Shown here piece after piece: positions 18,984 through 28,139 of a stretch of DNA of 64,000 nt (positions within the stretch are counted from its first letter, which is position 1; each line of letters opens with the position of its first letter). Source of the DNA: Rikenellaceae bacterium (GTDB lineage Bacteria > Bacteroidota > Bacteroidia > Bacteroidales > Rikenellaceae); contig SUZF01000008.1 of the NCBI GenBank assembly GCA_015060065.1, forward strand, positions 19,316-83,315, read 5' to 3'. The translations under genes and the position numbers were made by a program. The notes below the pieces were generated by a model. That model did not search any database, was not told the DNA's origin, and saw only the letters and a program-made list of their open reading frames with translations.

Positions 18984-20381
18984 TTACTTCGCACGAACCG
19001 CTTTCGGGCTTGCCTTCGGGGTGCGGAGGTGTGCCACCGAGCAGAAACGACCCAACGTGCGATGCGCTCTGCTGCGGTTTAGAGCGCTCTTCACGGCAAC
19101 TGATGCTGTGGAGATCTCTCCCTCTGCGATGGGCATTGCGCCCGTGTAGTTCGCCTTAATCTTATTGTCAAGGGCATCTGCAAAGTTGGCTGTAATATTA
19201 TAGTTACTACCACTTGCGCTCACAGAGATTGTTCCCGACATTACCAGAGCCCAAGTTGTTGCGTACTCTCCTTCGCCTGCCATATAATAGGTCGGCAAAA
19301 TCCCTCCATCTTCGGAAAAATCTCCGGCAAACGCATCTCCGACAACATTGGTAACATCACCATTGTCATTTGCCGCATAGTCGGTAATTGCGTATTGACC
19401 CACGGGGGTTGTCGCATTTGCAGCAGACAAGCACTCGACAGCAAGTTCTTCGGTGGAGTTGTAGAGGACTACTATCCAATTCTGGGTGTTATTTTCATAG
19501 AAGTCGCCATAATAGTAGGCCTCTGCATCGGTCGGTGTAACCGTAATATCGCTCGTAAGAGTTGTAGAGTCATCCTCGCCACCGGTCGAACCCGAACCGG
19601 AGTCGTCGCCCGAACCCGACCCGCTATACGTAAATACATAGGATGTCAGAGCCGTATTGGGTGCGCCATTATAACCGAATGCATAAACCGTGTAAGACTC
19701 ACCAGCGGTAAGATATCCGCTATAATCGTAGGTATCGACACCCGAAACAAGATAATACGAAAGTGTTCCTTTCCTCTGGGAAATAAGGTCATTCATGATG
19801 TACGCATCGCTCTCGCCTGCATAAGAGTCGCTCGGCACAACATCCCAGAAATATTGGTCGTTGTTCGAGGGAGTAATCGTAATTGTACCTCCATCTACGC
19901 TGATAGCAAAGGTGTTGTTCGAAGCGACCGCCTTCTCGGTATGGAAACCTTTGAGGGCAAGTTTTGTAACCGGATTGAGCCTTGAATCCACTCCAAAAGC
20001 GAAAATGTAATAATTGGTGTCGGGGGTCAGTTCATTTTGGTATGTGTAAGAGTCTGTTCCGACCGAGATGCTCGACACGGGCGTTGTACCCTGCGACTCA
20101 CACCACGCTTTCAGGTGGTTGATTCGACCCTTCATAAACTCCATATCACTATTGGAGGCTGCATACACCGACTTTTCAACCTTATCAAAATAGTACAAAG
20201 CCGTAACATCGCTCGGAGTGACCTCAACCGTAGCACTAACAGCAGAGATATCGCTGACCTTGATGCTGAATGTCATGTCCGAAAGACCGGAGCCACCATT
20301 GTTGTCACCACTCTTGTCGCAACTCACTGCAAAGAGAGCGACCATGGCAAATATTGCCACGAAAAGATTTCTAAATTTCAT
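18984..20381 (-). CDS. Surface lipoprotein with two FN3/Ig-like repeats, Gly/Ser linker and C-terminal beta domain
   Basis: MKFRNLFVAIFAMVALFAVS-C lipobox; repeats TFSIKVS..VTPS..YYF..LTPDTNYYIFAFG and TFAISV..ITPS..QYFW..LTAGESYTVYAFG; true start 20381, not 20702. Confidence 0.75.
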   Translation of the reverse strand: MKFRNLFVAIFAMVALFAVSCDKSGDNNGGSGLSDMTFSIKVSDISAVSATVEVTPSDVTALYYFDKVEKSVYAASNSDMEFMKGRINHLKAWCESQGTTPVSSISVGTDSYTYQNELTPDTNYYIFAFGVDSRLNPVTKLALKGFHTEKAVASNNTFAISVDGGTITITPSNNDQYFWDVVPSDSYAGESDAYIMNDLISQRKGTLSYYLVSGVDTYDYSGYLTAGESYTVYAFGYNGAPNTALTSYVFTYSGSGSGDDSGSGSTGGEDDSTTLTSDITVTPTDAEAYYYGDFYENNTQNWIVVLYNSTEELAVECLSAANATTPVGQYAITDYAANDNGDVTNVVGDAFAGDFSEDGGILPTYYMAGEGEYATTWALVMSGTISVSASGSNYNITANFADALDNKIKANYTGAMPIAEGEISTASVAVKSALNRSRAHRTLGRFCSVAHLRTPKASPKAVRAK

Positions 20382-20409
20382 ATTTGTTGATTCTTTGATA
20401 AACACATCG

Positions 20410-20533
20410 CAAATATATGTATAATATCGAAAAAATATGCACTCGCAGTGGTAAAATTGGTCATTTGAGGTTATTTTCATCACTTTGAGGGGTGTTATCC
20501 GGTTGTGTAATTCGGAAAATAGTTCTATCTTTG
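20410..20533. promoter_or_regulatory. Divergent promoters for the lipoprotein (minus) and tRNA-Ser (plus)
   Basis: TATATTTG minus at 20410-20417; TATCTTTG plus at 20526-20533. Confidence 0.65.
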
Positions 20534-20546
20534 CCACACGAAAAGA

Positions 20547-20634
20547 GGAGAGGTGCAGGAGTGGTTGAACTGGCCCGCCTGGAAAGCGAGTAAACGTCAA
20601 AAACGTTTCAGGGGTTCGAATCCCCTTCTCTCCG
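20547..20634 (+). tRNA. tRNA-Ser(GGA), CCA not encoded
   Basis: Acceptor GGAGAGG/TCTCTCC, D-loop GAGTGG, anticodon loop CT-GGA-AA, long variable arm AAACGT-CAAAA-ACGTTT, T-loop GTTCGAATC. Confidence 0.96.
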
Positions 20635-20652
20635 CAAAGAACAAACGAAGCA

Positions 20653-20686
20653 AAAAGGTGTCGAGAATTCGACACCTTTTGTTTTT
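20653..20686 (+). terminator. tRNA terminator
   Basis: AAAAGGTGTCGA-GAAT-TCGACACCTTTT followed by GTTTTT. Confidence 0.8.
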
Positions 20687-20731
20687 GGATAGTATGGCGC
20701 AAATTTATTTGCAGACATAGTAGCCAAAAAC

Positions 20732-21080
20732 AAAAATAGTTGATTTATCAACTTTTTGCGTAGTGCAGTTCTTTGCAAGGGCCTCCGTGGCAAGCGGAGG
20801 GGAAAAACGAGCGACGCGATGCGGCAGCAGAGCATAGCGAAGTTAATCCCTCTCCAAAAAAAACTGTAAGTTTTGGGGACGCAAAAAATAGTTGATTTAT
20901 CAACTTTTTGCGCAGTGCAGTTCTTTGCAAGGGCCCCACCGGCGAGGTGAGGGGAAAGACGCAGTAAAGCGAAGCGGCTGCGTCAATCCCGCCAAGTCCG
21001 ATTTTATATCCGAGATTTCGTGAGGGGAAAAACGAGCGGTGCGATGCGGCAGCAGAGCATAGCGAAGTTAATCCCCCTCT
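20732..21080 (+). repeat. tRNA-linked direct repeats
   Basis: 52-bp unit at 20732-20783 and 20884-20935 (1 mismatch); 59-bp unit at 20797-20855 and 21022-21080; related unit 20949-20993; each GAGGGG...AATCCC. Confidence 0.85.
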
Positions 21081-21098
21081 ATCAATTAGAATCTGAAT

Positions 21099-21275
21099 GG
21101 GGGGGGGTACTAGGGAATATGGGGGCGCAATCGGAGATTGCTTATGGGGAAGATGGGTTAAATAAGTTAAATAAGTTAGATGGGGAGTTTTTACTTACCC
21201 TAAACTCCCTAAACTCCCTAATTTCCCCATTATCAATTCTCAATTATCAATTGTCAATTATCAATTCCCCATACC
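21099..21275. repeat. Modular repeat, diverged short copy D
   Basis: G9 run, GGGGGC-GCAATC-GGA-GATTGC-TTATGGGGA module, CCCTAAACT 9-mers, AATTRTC heptamers 21229-21266. Confidence 0.8.
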
Positions 21276-21407
21276 CCCCACGCCCGAAAAAGATATTACA
21301 AAACCAACGCCCAAACAGACAAATTTATCATCTTTGAAAAAATCTTTATATCTTTGTCGATGCAGAGGGGCTGACACGGATGTCCAAAGGCTCTTCTGTT
21401 CGAAATT

Positions 21408-22961
21408 ATGCCACAAACACTAACACTTACACTCACTCCCAAGCAGGCTTCGGATGCTGCGACCTACACATCGCTGGCAGCACGTCGGTTGGGTATCAGC
21501 GACAGGCAGGTGGCTTTGGTGCGCGTGGTAAAACGCTCGATAGATGCACGCAGGGGTCGCCCGAAGGTCAATCTCTCGCTCGAAATTTACATCGACAATG
21601 AGCCTCAACCCGCACCCATACATTTCGACTATCCGTCGGTCGTTGGTAAGCCCGAAGTAGTTGTTGTCGGTTCGGGTCCCGCGGGTCTTTTTGCATCGCT
21701 TCGCCTTATCGAACTCGGATTGCGACCTATAATGCTTGAACGAGGGAAAGAGGTGCTTCCCCGCAAGCGTGATGTGGCACAAATCAACCGTAACGGAGAG
21801 ATTAACCCCGACTCGAACTACGCCTTTGGCGAGGGTGGAGCCGGCACCTTCTCGGACGGCAAACTCTTCACTCGCAGCAAGAAGCGAGGCGACTACAACA
21901 AAGCGTTGCAGACACTTGTATTTCACGGTGCATCTCCGGAGATTCTCTACGAGGCTCATCCTCACATCGGCTCCGACAAGTTACCACGCATAATCTCGTC
22001 TATATGTCAAACCATCCGCGAGGCGGGCGGTGAGGTGTTATTCGAGCATCGCGTAACCGATTTTGTGGTACGCAATGGAGTAGTGAGGGGTGTGCGTTGC
22101 GGAGATACACTTATCGAGGCCGATGCGGTAGTGATCGCTACGGGACACTCGGCAGACGATATCTACTTTTTATTGCACGATGCCGGCATAAGACTCGAAG
22201 CCAAGCCCTTCGCTATGGGTGTCCGCATCGAGCATCCGCAGGCTCTGATAAACTCTATTCAGTACCATAACTCCGACGAGATGGAGTATCTGCCCTCGGC
22301 ATCGTACTCGCTTGTTTCGCAGGAGAATGGGCGCGGAGTATATTCTTTCTGCATGTGTCCGGGCGGTTTTATGGTGCCGGCAATGACCAACCCCTCACAA
22401 GCGGTCATAAACGGAATGTCGCCCAGCGAGCGCAACTCCCCCTACGCCAACTCCGGACTTGTTACCGAGGTACGCCTATCGGATTTTGACTATCTGCGCA
22501 AGGAGTATGGCGAGTTGGCGGGTCTGGCGTTTCGTCGTGAGGTCGAGCAGGCTGCCCGTCGATTTGGAGGAGAGCATCAGGTAGCCCCCGCACAGCGCGT
22601 GGCAGATTTTGTAAGTGGCAGAGAGAGCAAGACCCTCCCCAAGGTATCGTACATCCCCGGAGTGGTACCATCGCATTTCAAGGAGTGGATGCCCGCATTT
22701 ATGTCGCAGGCCCTGCGCTCCGGCATCGCCACCTTCGGACGTCGTATGCATGGCTTCCTGACTAACGATGCGGTGGTTGTCGGTGTCGAATCGCGCACAT
22801 CGACCCCCGTGCGCATACCTCGCCACCCCGAAACACTGATGCACGAAGAGGTGGCAGGTCTCTTCCCTGCCGGCGAAGGAGCCGGCTATGCCGGAGGTAT
22901 AATCTCGGCAGCACTCGACGGAGAGCGCGTAGCCGAAGCGGTTAGAAAATATGTGAAATAG
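21408..22961 (+). CDS. NAD(P)/FAD-dependent oxidoreductase (YhiN/HI0933-like FAD-binding family)
   Basis: VVGSGPAGLF, FGEGGAGTFSDGKL, HPHIGSD, FCMCPGG, GEGAGYAGGIISAALDG; -7 box at 21349-21356. Confidence 0.88.
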   Translation: MPQTLTLTLTPKQASDAATYTSLAARRLGISDRQVALVRVVKRSIDARRGRPKVNLSLEIYIDNEPQPAPIHFDYPSVVGKPEVVVVGSGPAGLFASLRLIELGLRPIMLERGKEVLPRKRDVAQINRNGEINPDSNYAFGEGGAGTFSDGKLFTRSKKRGDYNKALQTLVFHGASPEILYEAHPHIGSDKLPRIISSICQTIREAGGEVLFEHRVTDFVVRNGVVRGVRCGDTLIEADAVVIATGHSADDIYFLLHDAGIRLEAKPFAMGVRIEHPQALINSIQYHNSDEMEYLPSASYSLVSQENGRGVYSFCMCPGGFMVPAMTNPSQAVINGMSPSERNSPYANSGLVTEVRLSDFDYLRKEYGELAGLAFRREVEQAARRFGGEHQVAPAQRVADFVSGRESKTLPKVSYIPGVVPSHFKEWMPAFMSQALRSGIATFGRRMHGFLTNDAVVVGVESRTSTPVRIPRHPETLMHEEVAGLFPAGEGAGYAGGIISAALDGERVAEAVRKYVK

Positions 22962-22969
22962 CAAACAAT

Positions 22970-24031
22970 ATGGGAAAGCACTATCTCTTCTATGTGGCAC
23001 ACTCTTATGCCTATGCCATTCTCTTCCCGATAGAGGAGGAGATTGCACGTCGTGGCGGTGTGTCGGCATGGTTTATCGAGCAGGGATGCCCCACCGAAGC
23101 CCTCGGAGAGCGTCGTCGCATTGAGAATTTTGACGAGGTGGATAACTTCGCCCCCGTGGCGGTCTTTGCTCCCGGAAACTATATCCCCGACTTCTTCCCC
23201 GGAGTGAAGGTCGAGGTATTCCACGGCTACCCGATAAACAAGCGTGCCGACAAGCACGACGACCACTTCACAATACGTGACTGGTTTGATCTCTACTGCA
23301 CGCAGGGACCAAGCAGCACCGCTCCCTTCAACGCTATCGCCCAACGTCTCGGCACCTTCCGCGTACGCGAAACCGGCTGGGCAAAGAGCGACAGTTATAT
23401 ACGCGCGGCAGAGCGCATCCTCAAAGAGCCGACCGGTCGCCCCACAATACTCTACTCATCGACATTTACCCGCTCGCTAACCTCTACAACAATACTCGCC
23501 GACGAGATAGAGCGAATGGTTGCCTCCGGTCGCTGGAACTGGATATTTATGTTCCACCCGAAACTCGACGATGCACAGGTGCTTGCCCACTACCGCTCCC
23601 TTGCCGAACGGTACGATAACGCCCGATACTACGGCAACACTTTCGATATGGAGGCAATGGTGCAGGCAGATGCAATGCTCTGCGACTCGTCATCAATAAT
23701 TATGGAGTTTATGCTCCTCGACAAGCCCGTGGTAACATTCCGCAACTCAATGCCCGGAGCGCACCTGCTCGACGTTTCCGAGATTGAAGCCGTAGAGCCG
23801 GCCCTCGAAAAGGCACTCACACGCCCCGAAACCCTGATGTCGGCACTGCGAGAGTGGCGCGATAACCACGAAGCACACCGCGACGGACTCTGCGCAGCCC
23901 GCATACTCGATGCCGTGGATGAACTAATCGCAGACGGTGGCACGAAATGCCTGCGACCGAAACCCCTCAACCTCGTGCGCAAACTTAAACTGCGCAAAAA
24001 ATTAGGCTACCCCCTATTTAGGAAGTTGTAA
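22970..24031 (+). CDS. CDP-glycerol glycerophosphotransferase family protein
   Basis: VEVFHG, TGWAKSD, LYSSTF, FHPK, CDSSSIIMEFMLLDKPVVTF. Confidence 0.75.
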   Translation: MGKHYLFYVAHSYAYAILFPIEEEIARRGGVSAWFIEQGCPTEALGERRRIENFDEVDNFAPVAVFAPGNYIPDFFPGVKVEVFHGYPINKRADKHDDHFTIRDWFDLYCTQGPSSTAPFNAIAQRLGTFRVRETGWAKSDSYIRAAERILKEPTGRPTILYSSTFTRSLTSTTILADEIERMVASGRWNWIFMFHPKLDDAQVLAHYRSLAERYDNARYYGNTFDMEAMVQADAMLCDSSSIIMEFMLLDKPVVTFRNSMPGAHLLDVSEIEAVEPALEKALTRPETLMSALREWRDNHEAHRDGLCAARILDAVDELIADGGTKCLRPKPLNLVRKLKLRKKLGYPLFRKL

Positions 24032-24486
24032 TATCTCCCTAAATTATTTCTCTGGGGATAATGGGGAGCGCAGTTTGCGACTGCTTATGGGGACACTGGG
24101 GAAATTGGGGAGGCGTGGGAACAAAAAAACTCCTCCCCTGTTTTAGGGGAGGTGGTCGAAGACCGAAGGGGTCAATGGACAATGGCTATAAGAGAGAATG
24201 GGAAAACTGGGGAAATTGGGAAGATTAGGGAGTTTAAGGAATTTAGGGAATCAACCCCTAACTCCTTAAACTCTCTATACTCTATAAATTAGACAATTAG
24301 CCACTTAATTATCAATTATCAATTATCAATTGTCAATTGTCAATTCCCCATAAGTGACCTCGGTCGCGCTCCCCATACTCCCCATAAGCAGGAGCAGGGC
24401 GACTGCGCCCCCAGTTTCCTCAAAGCCCCCCCCAAAAAAAACTCCTCCCCTGTTTTAGGGGAGGTGGTCGAAGACCGGAGGGGTCA
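24032..24486. repeat. Modular intergenic foldback repeat, copy C (longest)
   Basis: Begins at the 24031 stop; near full reverse complement of copy A; two copies of CTCCTCCCCTGTTTTAGGGGAGGTGGTCGAAGACC; AATTRTC x5 at 24307-24345. Confidence 0.9.
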
Positions 24487-24516
24487 AAAGTTTAGCCATT
24501 AGCCATCGGCTAACGT

Positions 24517-25338
24517 CTAATGTCTAAAAAAGAGTCTGCGCAGAGCGAAGATGGCGTTGTTTATCACGCGATGCAGGTCGTAACTCCATCGGCTCTTGGG
24601 TTTTAGGCGGTCATCAACCATATAGACAGCCTTATAGCATACGCGCATACCTTTATGCAGTGCATAGACCATCAACAATCGCTCGCTGATGTATCCGAAG
24701 ATGCGCCCCTGCACAGGGTCTTTCGGCACCTCAATACGTCGTTCCGCCTCGAAGAGGGTATCGAACAACCACTCCGAATACTCCTCGAAATCCTTGCGTC
24801 GCATAATGAACATATTGAATCGAGCCAGCAGGTTGTTCTCGAAGAATATCTTATCGAAGGCGTCAAGGTATTCGGGCGAGCGTTCTGCGACAATCTCGCG
24901 CACGGTAAGGATATCCTCGCCCCGATGACTGCGGGCATACTCGGTGTAGATATTGCGAGTCTGCACCCTCGGCTTCGAGAGAACGATATCGTACTCCTTA
25001 AAAACCTCGTCCATATCAGGCAGAGGATGCTCCTCGGAAAAGAAACTCTCCGTGCGGACAATATGCACATTTCCCGGCTCGTTACCAAAGTCGAAGTAGC
25101 GACGGTAGTGGCTCAAACCGACATACTCCGCCTCTCCAAGGTTTTTCCAAGCCCAATAGTGCGCCGTAAGTTCGCAAAAACTGCGATTCTTGTCGCTGAT
25201 ATTATCGCCCGTGTCGTCACCCGTGAAGCCCAAATCGACCGAAGAGATTGCCTTGCCGACCTGAATCGGCATATACGGCTCATGTGCCAGACAGCGGTCC
25301 TGCTTATGGGCGCAGACCAAGATTACAGTTTTGCTCAT
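24517..25338 (-). CDS. DUF4422-domain protein (putative galactofuranosyl transferase)
   Basis: YMPIQVG, DDTGDNISDKNRSFCELTAHYWAWKN, GLSHYRRYF, NMFIM, RIFGYISERL; coupled to glf. Confidence 0.85.
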   Translation of the reverse strand: MSKTVILVCAHKQDRCLAHEPYMPIQVGKAISSVDLGFTGDDTGDNISDKNRSFCELTAHYWAWKNLGEAEYVGLSHYRRYFDFGNEPGNVHIVRTESFFSEEHPLPDMDEVFKEYDIVLSKPRVQTRNIYTEYARSHRGEDILTVREIVAERSPEYLDAFDKIFFENNLLARFNMFIMRRKDFEEYSEWLFDTLFEAERRIEVPKDPVQGRIFGYISERLLMVYALHKGMRVCYKAVYMVDDRLKPKSRWSYDLHRVINNAIFALRRLFFRH

Positions 25339-26429
25339 TGTATCTCCAATTTAAGTGCGCTCTCGATAACTTTGTCCATATCGTAGTAGCGATACTCGCC
25401 CAAACGACCGCCAAACGTAACCTTCTCGTCTGCGGCCGCCAGGGCGCGATAACGCTCATAGAGGGCATTGTTGCGCTCGTCGTTAATGGGATAGTAAGGC
25501 TCCTTGCCCTCGCCAAACTGTTCGGGATACTCGCGTGTGATGACGGTCGAGGGTTGCTTTCCAAACTCGAAGTGCTTATGTTCGATGATGCGCGTATATG
25601 GCACCTCGCGCTCGGTGTAATTTACCACGGCACAGCCCTGATAATTCTCCATGGGCAGGTTTTCGTGTTCGAAACGCAGCGAGCGGTAGTCCAAAGCACC
25701 GAATCGGAAGTCGTAATACTCGTCGATACGACCTGTGAAGATAACCCTATCGCACTGTGATAGCCACTCCTCGCGGTCGGCAAAGAAGTCGGTATTGCAA
25801 CGCACCTCGACACCCTCGAACAAGGCATCTATAATCTTATTGTAGCCACCAATCGGTATTCCCTGCCAGCGGTCGTTGAAGTAGTTATTGTCGAAGGTCA
25901 GGCGCACCGGCAGACGACGGATAATGAACGCCGGCAACTCCTTGGCATCGCACCCCCACTGCTTCTCGGTATAACCCTTGACCAACCTCTCGTAGATATC
26001 CCGACCCACAAGCGATATCGCCTGCTCTTCGAGGTTCTGCGGCTCGGTAATGCCCGCCTCGCGACGCTGCTCCTCGATTTTTGCCTGCGCTTCGGCAGGG
26101 GTTATCACTCCCCACATGGCATGAAAGGTGTTCATATTGAAGGGGAGGTTATAGAGTCGTCCCTTGTAGTTTGCCACAGGCGAATTTACATAGTTGTTGA
26201 ACTCGGCAAAGCGATTTACGAACTCCCAAACCTCGCGATTCGATGTATGGAAGATGTGCGCTCCGTATTTATGGACATTTATACCGTCAATCTCTTCGCA
26301 GTAGATATTTCCGCCACGATGAGGTCGCTTCTCCAAAACAAGGACACTACGTCCCGCCTGCCTTGCCCGCCACGCAACCACGGCACCAAACAGACCGGCT
26401 CCGACAATCAGATAATCATACTTTTTCAT
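25335..26429 (-). CDS. glf: UDP-galactopyranose mutase
   Basis: YDYLIVGAGLFG, GGNIY, HKYGAHIFHT, YTEKQWG, YTRIIEHKHF, PYYP, GRLGEYRYYDMD; start 26429 or 26435; -7 box at 26463-26470. Confidence 0.96.
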   Translation of the reverse strand: MKKYDYLIVGAGLFGAVVAWRARQAGRSVLVLEKRPHRGGNIYCEEIDGINVHKYGAHIFHTSNREVWEFVNRFAEFNNYVNSPVANYKGRLYNLPFNMNTFHAMWGVITPAEAQAKIEEQRREAGITEPQNLEEQAISLVGRDIYERLVKGYTEKQWGCDAKELPAFIIRRLPVRLTFDNNYFNDRWQGIPIGGYNKIIDALFEGVEVRCNTDFFADREEWLSQCDRVIFTGRIDEYYDFRFGALDYRSLRFEHENLPMENYQGCAVVNYTEREVPYTRIIEHKHFEFGKQPSTVITREYPEQFGEGKEPYYPINDERNNALYERYRALAAADEKVTFGGRLGEYRYYDMDKVIESALKLEIQ

Positions 26430-26716
26430 AACCATTTGGCGGTTTTTCTCCGCTACTATACGCAAAGGTAACAAAATCCGTCGGCAAATCAAAATTTTTG
26501 CCCACAACCACTCACTTATAGCCATTAACCCCACTTTTAGAGATAAAAGTTTCGAAAAAAAGTATTAAACCAAACTTTCACAAAAACACATAACACACTG
26601 TTTATCAATGATAAACCCCAAAACCACACGGGGTGTAATGAAAAAATATCAAAAAATTATGAAAATTTTTTATAAAATACTTGCACGGAATCAAAAAAGC
26701 CCTTATCTTTGCAGCG

Positions 26717-26846
26717 AAGTTTTAAGGTTCATTTAGGTTAGTAGTTTTAGGTTGGTAGAGGAAACGGAAGGTTGCAACGATAGTTGCTAAGACTCACAGG
26801 CGGTGCTCGCTTGGAGTCGAATACCTCCGCAACCTCGATTTTTTTT
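26717..26846 (+). ncRNA. Candidate small stable RNA
   Basis: TATCTTTG at 26704-26711 with AT-rich upstream region, no ORF, several stems, ends in T8 run. Confidence 0.45.
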
Positions 26847-26966
26847 GCCCATACCTCAACCACCCCAACCCATTTCAAGGCGAAAATCTTCAAATCTCGA
26901 TTGCAAAATTATCTCTATTTGCTATATTTGTATCCGAATCCGCAACATACTGCGGAGTAGGTGCTT

Positions 26967-28139
26967 ATGGCTATACTAAACTACTACCTGATTATCGTCA
27001 TTTTTCTCCTCACCCCGGCAGGTGTAATATGGTTGTGTCGCAGATTCCCGCTTCTCGACAAGATTGGACCCATTATGATTCTCTACGCTGTGGGGATGAT
27101 TTTTGGCAATATGCCCTTCGCTCCGGAGGAGATTGCCCCGATACAGGAGATTATGCCCAATGTGCTGATTCCGTTAGCGATACCGATGATGTTATTCGGC
27201 TGTTCGTTTTCGAGCAAGGATGCTCCATTGCAGTTGAGGGTCGTCTCTTCGGGATTTATCTCTGTGGTTGTGGCAGTTGTTGTGGGCTACCTGCTCTTTG
27301 GCTGCAAAGTCAAGGAGGGAGCCGAAATCGGAGGCATAATTACGGGTATGTACACCGGAGGAACACTCAACGCAGCGGCTCTGCAAGCGATATTCCGCAT
27401 AAACAGCGAGCAATTCATTCTGATAAACTCCTACGACATCATTATCTCGTTCCTCTACTTCGTCTTTCTGTTCGGTATCGGAATACGCCTCTTCCGTTGG
27501 CTCTATGGCGAGAAACGCTTTGCGGAGAAGATGACACAGAGCGAAGCACCCGCAACCGAAGTGCAACCGACTGTCATCAAAGAAAATCCATACAAAAAAC
27601 TATGCACCAAGGCAGGAGCCATCCAACTTGGCAAGATTCTACTCACAACACTTGCCATCGTTGCCATCTCGGCAGGTGTAGCGTTGTTGCTGCCCGAACA
27701 GTGGTTTATGGTGGTTTTCATCTTGTTGCTGACCACCCTCGGTGTGTTGAGTTCGTTTATCCGCCCCGTGCGCGAGTTGGATGTGGCGTATGATGTGGGA
27801 ATGTACCTTATCTACGTGTTCAGCATGGTTATCGCCTCGATGGCAGACTTCTCGAACCTCGACCTGCGCGGTGGGGTCTATCAACTCGCATTTATGACAA
27901 TAGCGGTATTCCTATCGTTGGCAATTCACGCCATACTCTGCCGCCTGATGAAGGTCGATGCCGACTCGATGGTCATATCGTCAGTGGCATTTATCAATTC
28001 CCCACCCTTCGTTCCGATGGTTGTAGCAGCGATGAATAACAAGAGAAGCCTTGTAACGGGTCTGGGCGCAGGAATCGTGGGCTACGCCCTTGGCAACCAC
28101 CTCGGCGTCTTGGTTGCAGAGTTGTTGTCGAGACTCTAA
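26967..28139 (+). CDS. DUF819 family membrane protein
   Basis: About 10 TM segments; GMYTGGTLN, SVAFINSPPFVP, GYALGNHLG; own -7 box at 26923-26930. Confidence 0.85.
   Translation: MAILNYYLIIVIFLLTPAGVIWLCRRFPLLDKIGPIMILYAVGMIFGNMPFAPEEIAPIQEIMPNVLIPLAIPMMLFGCSFSSKDAPLQLRVVSSGFISVVVAVVVGYLLFGCKVKEGAEIGGIITGMYTGGTLNAAALQAIFRINSEQFILINSYDIIISFLYFVFLFGIGIRLFRWLYGEKRFAEKMTQSEAPATEVQPTVIKENPYKKLCTKAGAIQLGKILLTTLAIVAISAGVALLLPEQWFMVVFILLLTTLGVLSSFIRPVRELDVAYDVGMYLIYVFSMVIASMADFSNLDLRGGVYQLAFMTIAVFLSLAIHAILCRLMKVDADSMVISSVAFINSPPFVPMVVAAMNNKRSLVTGLGAGIVGYALGNHLGVLVAELLSRL

Noticed and set aside
20382-20702. N-terminal extension of the 572-aa ORF
   Set aside because: It runs antisense across tRNA-Ser; the lipoprotein signal and promoter place the start at 20381
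733-24486. Repeat clusters as CRISPR arrays
   Set aside because: No constant repeat with unique spacers of regular length and no cas genes
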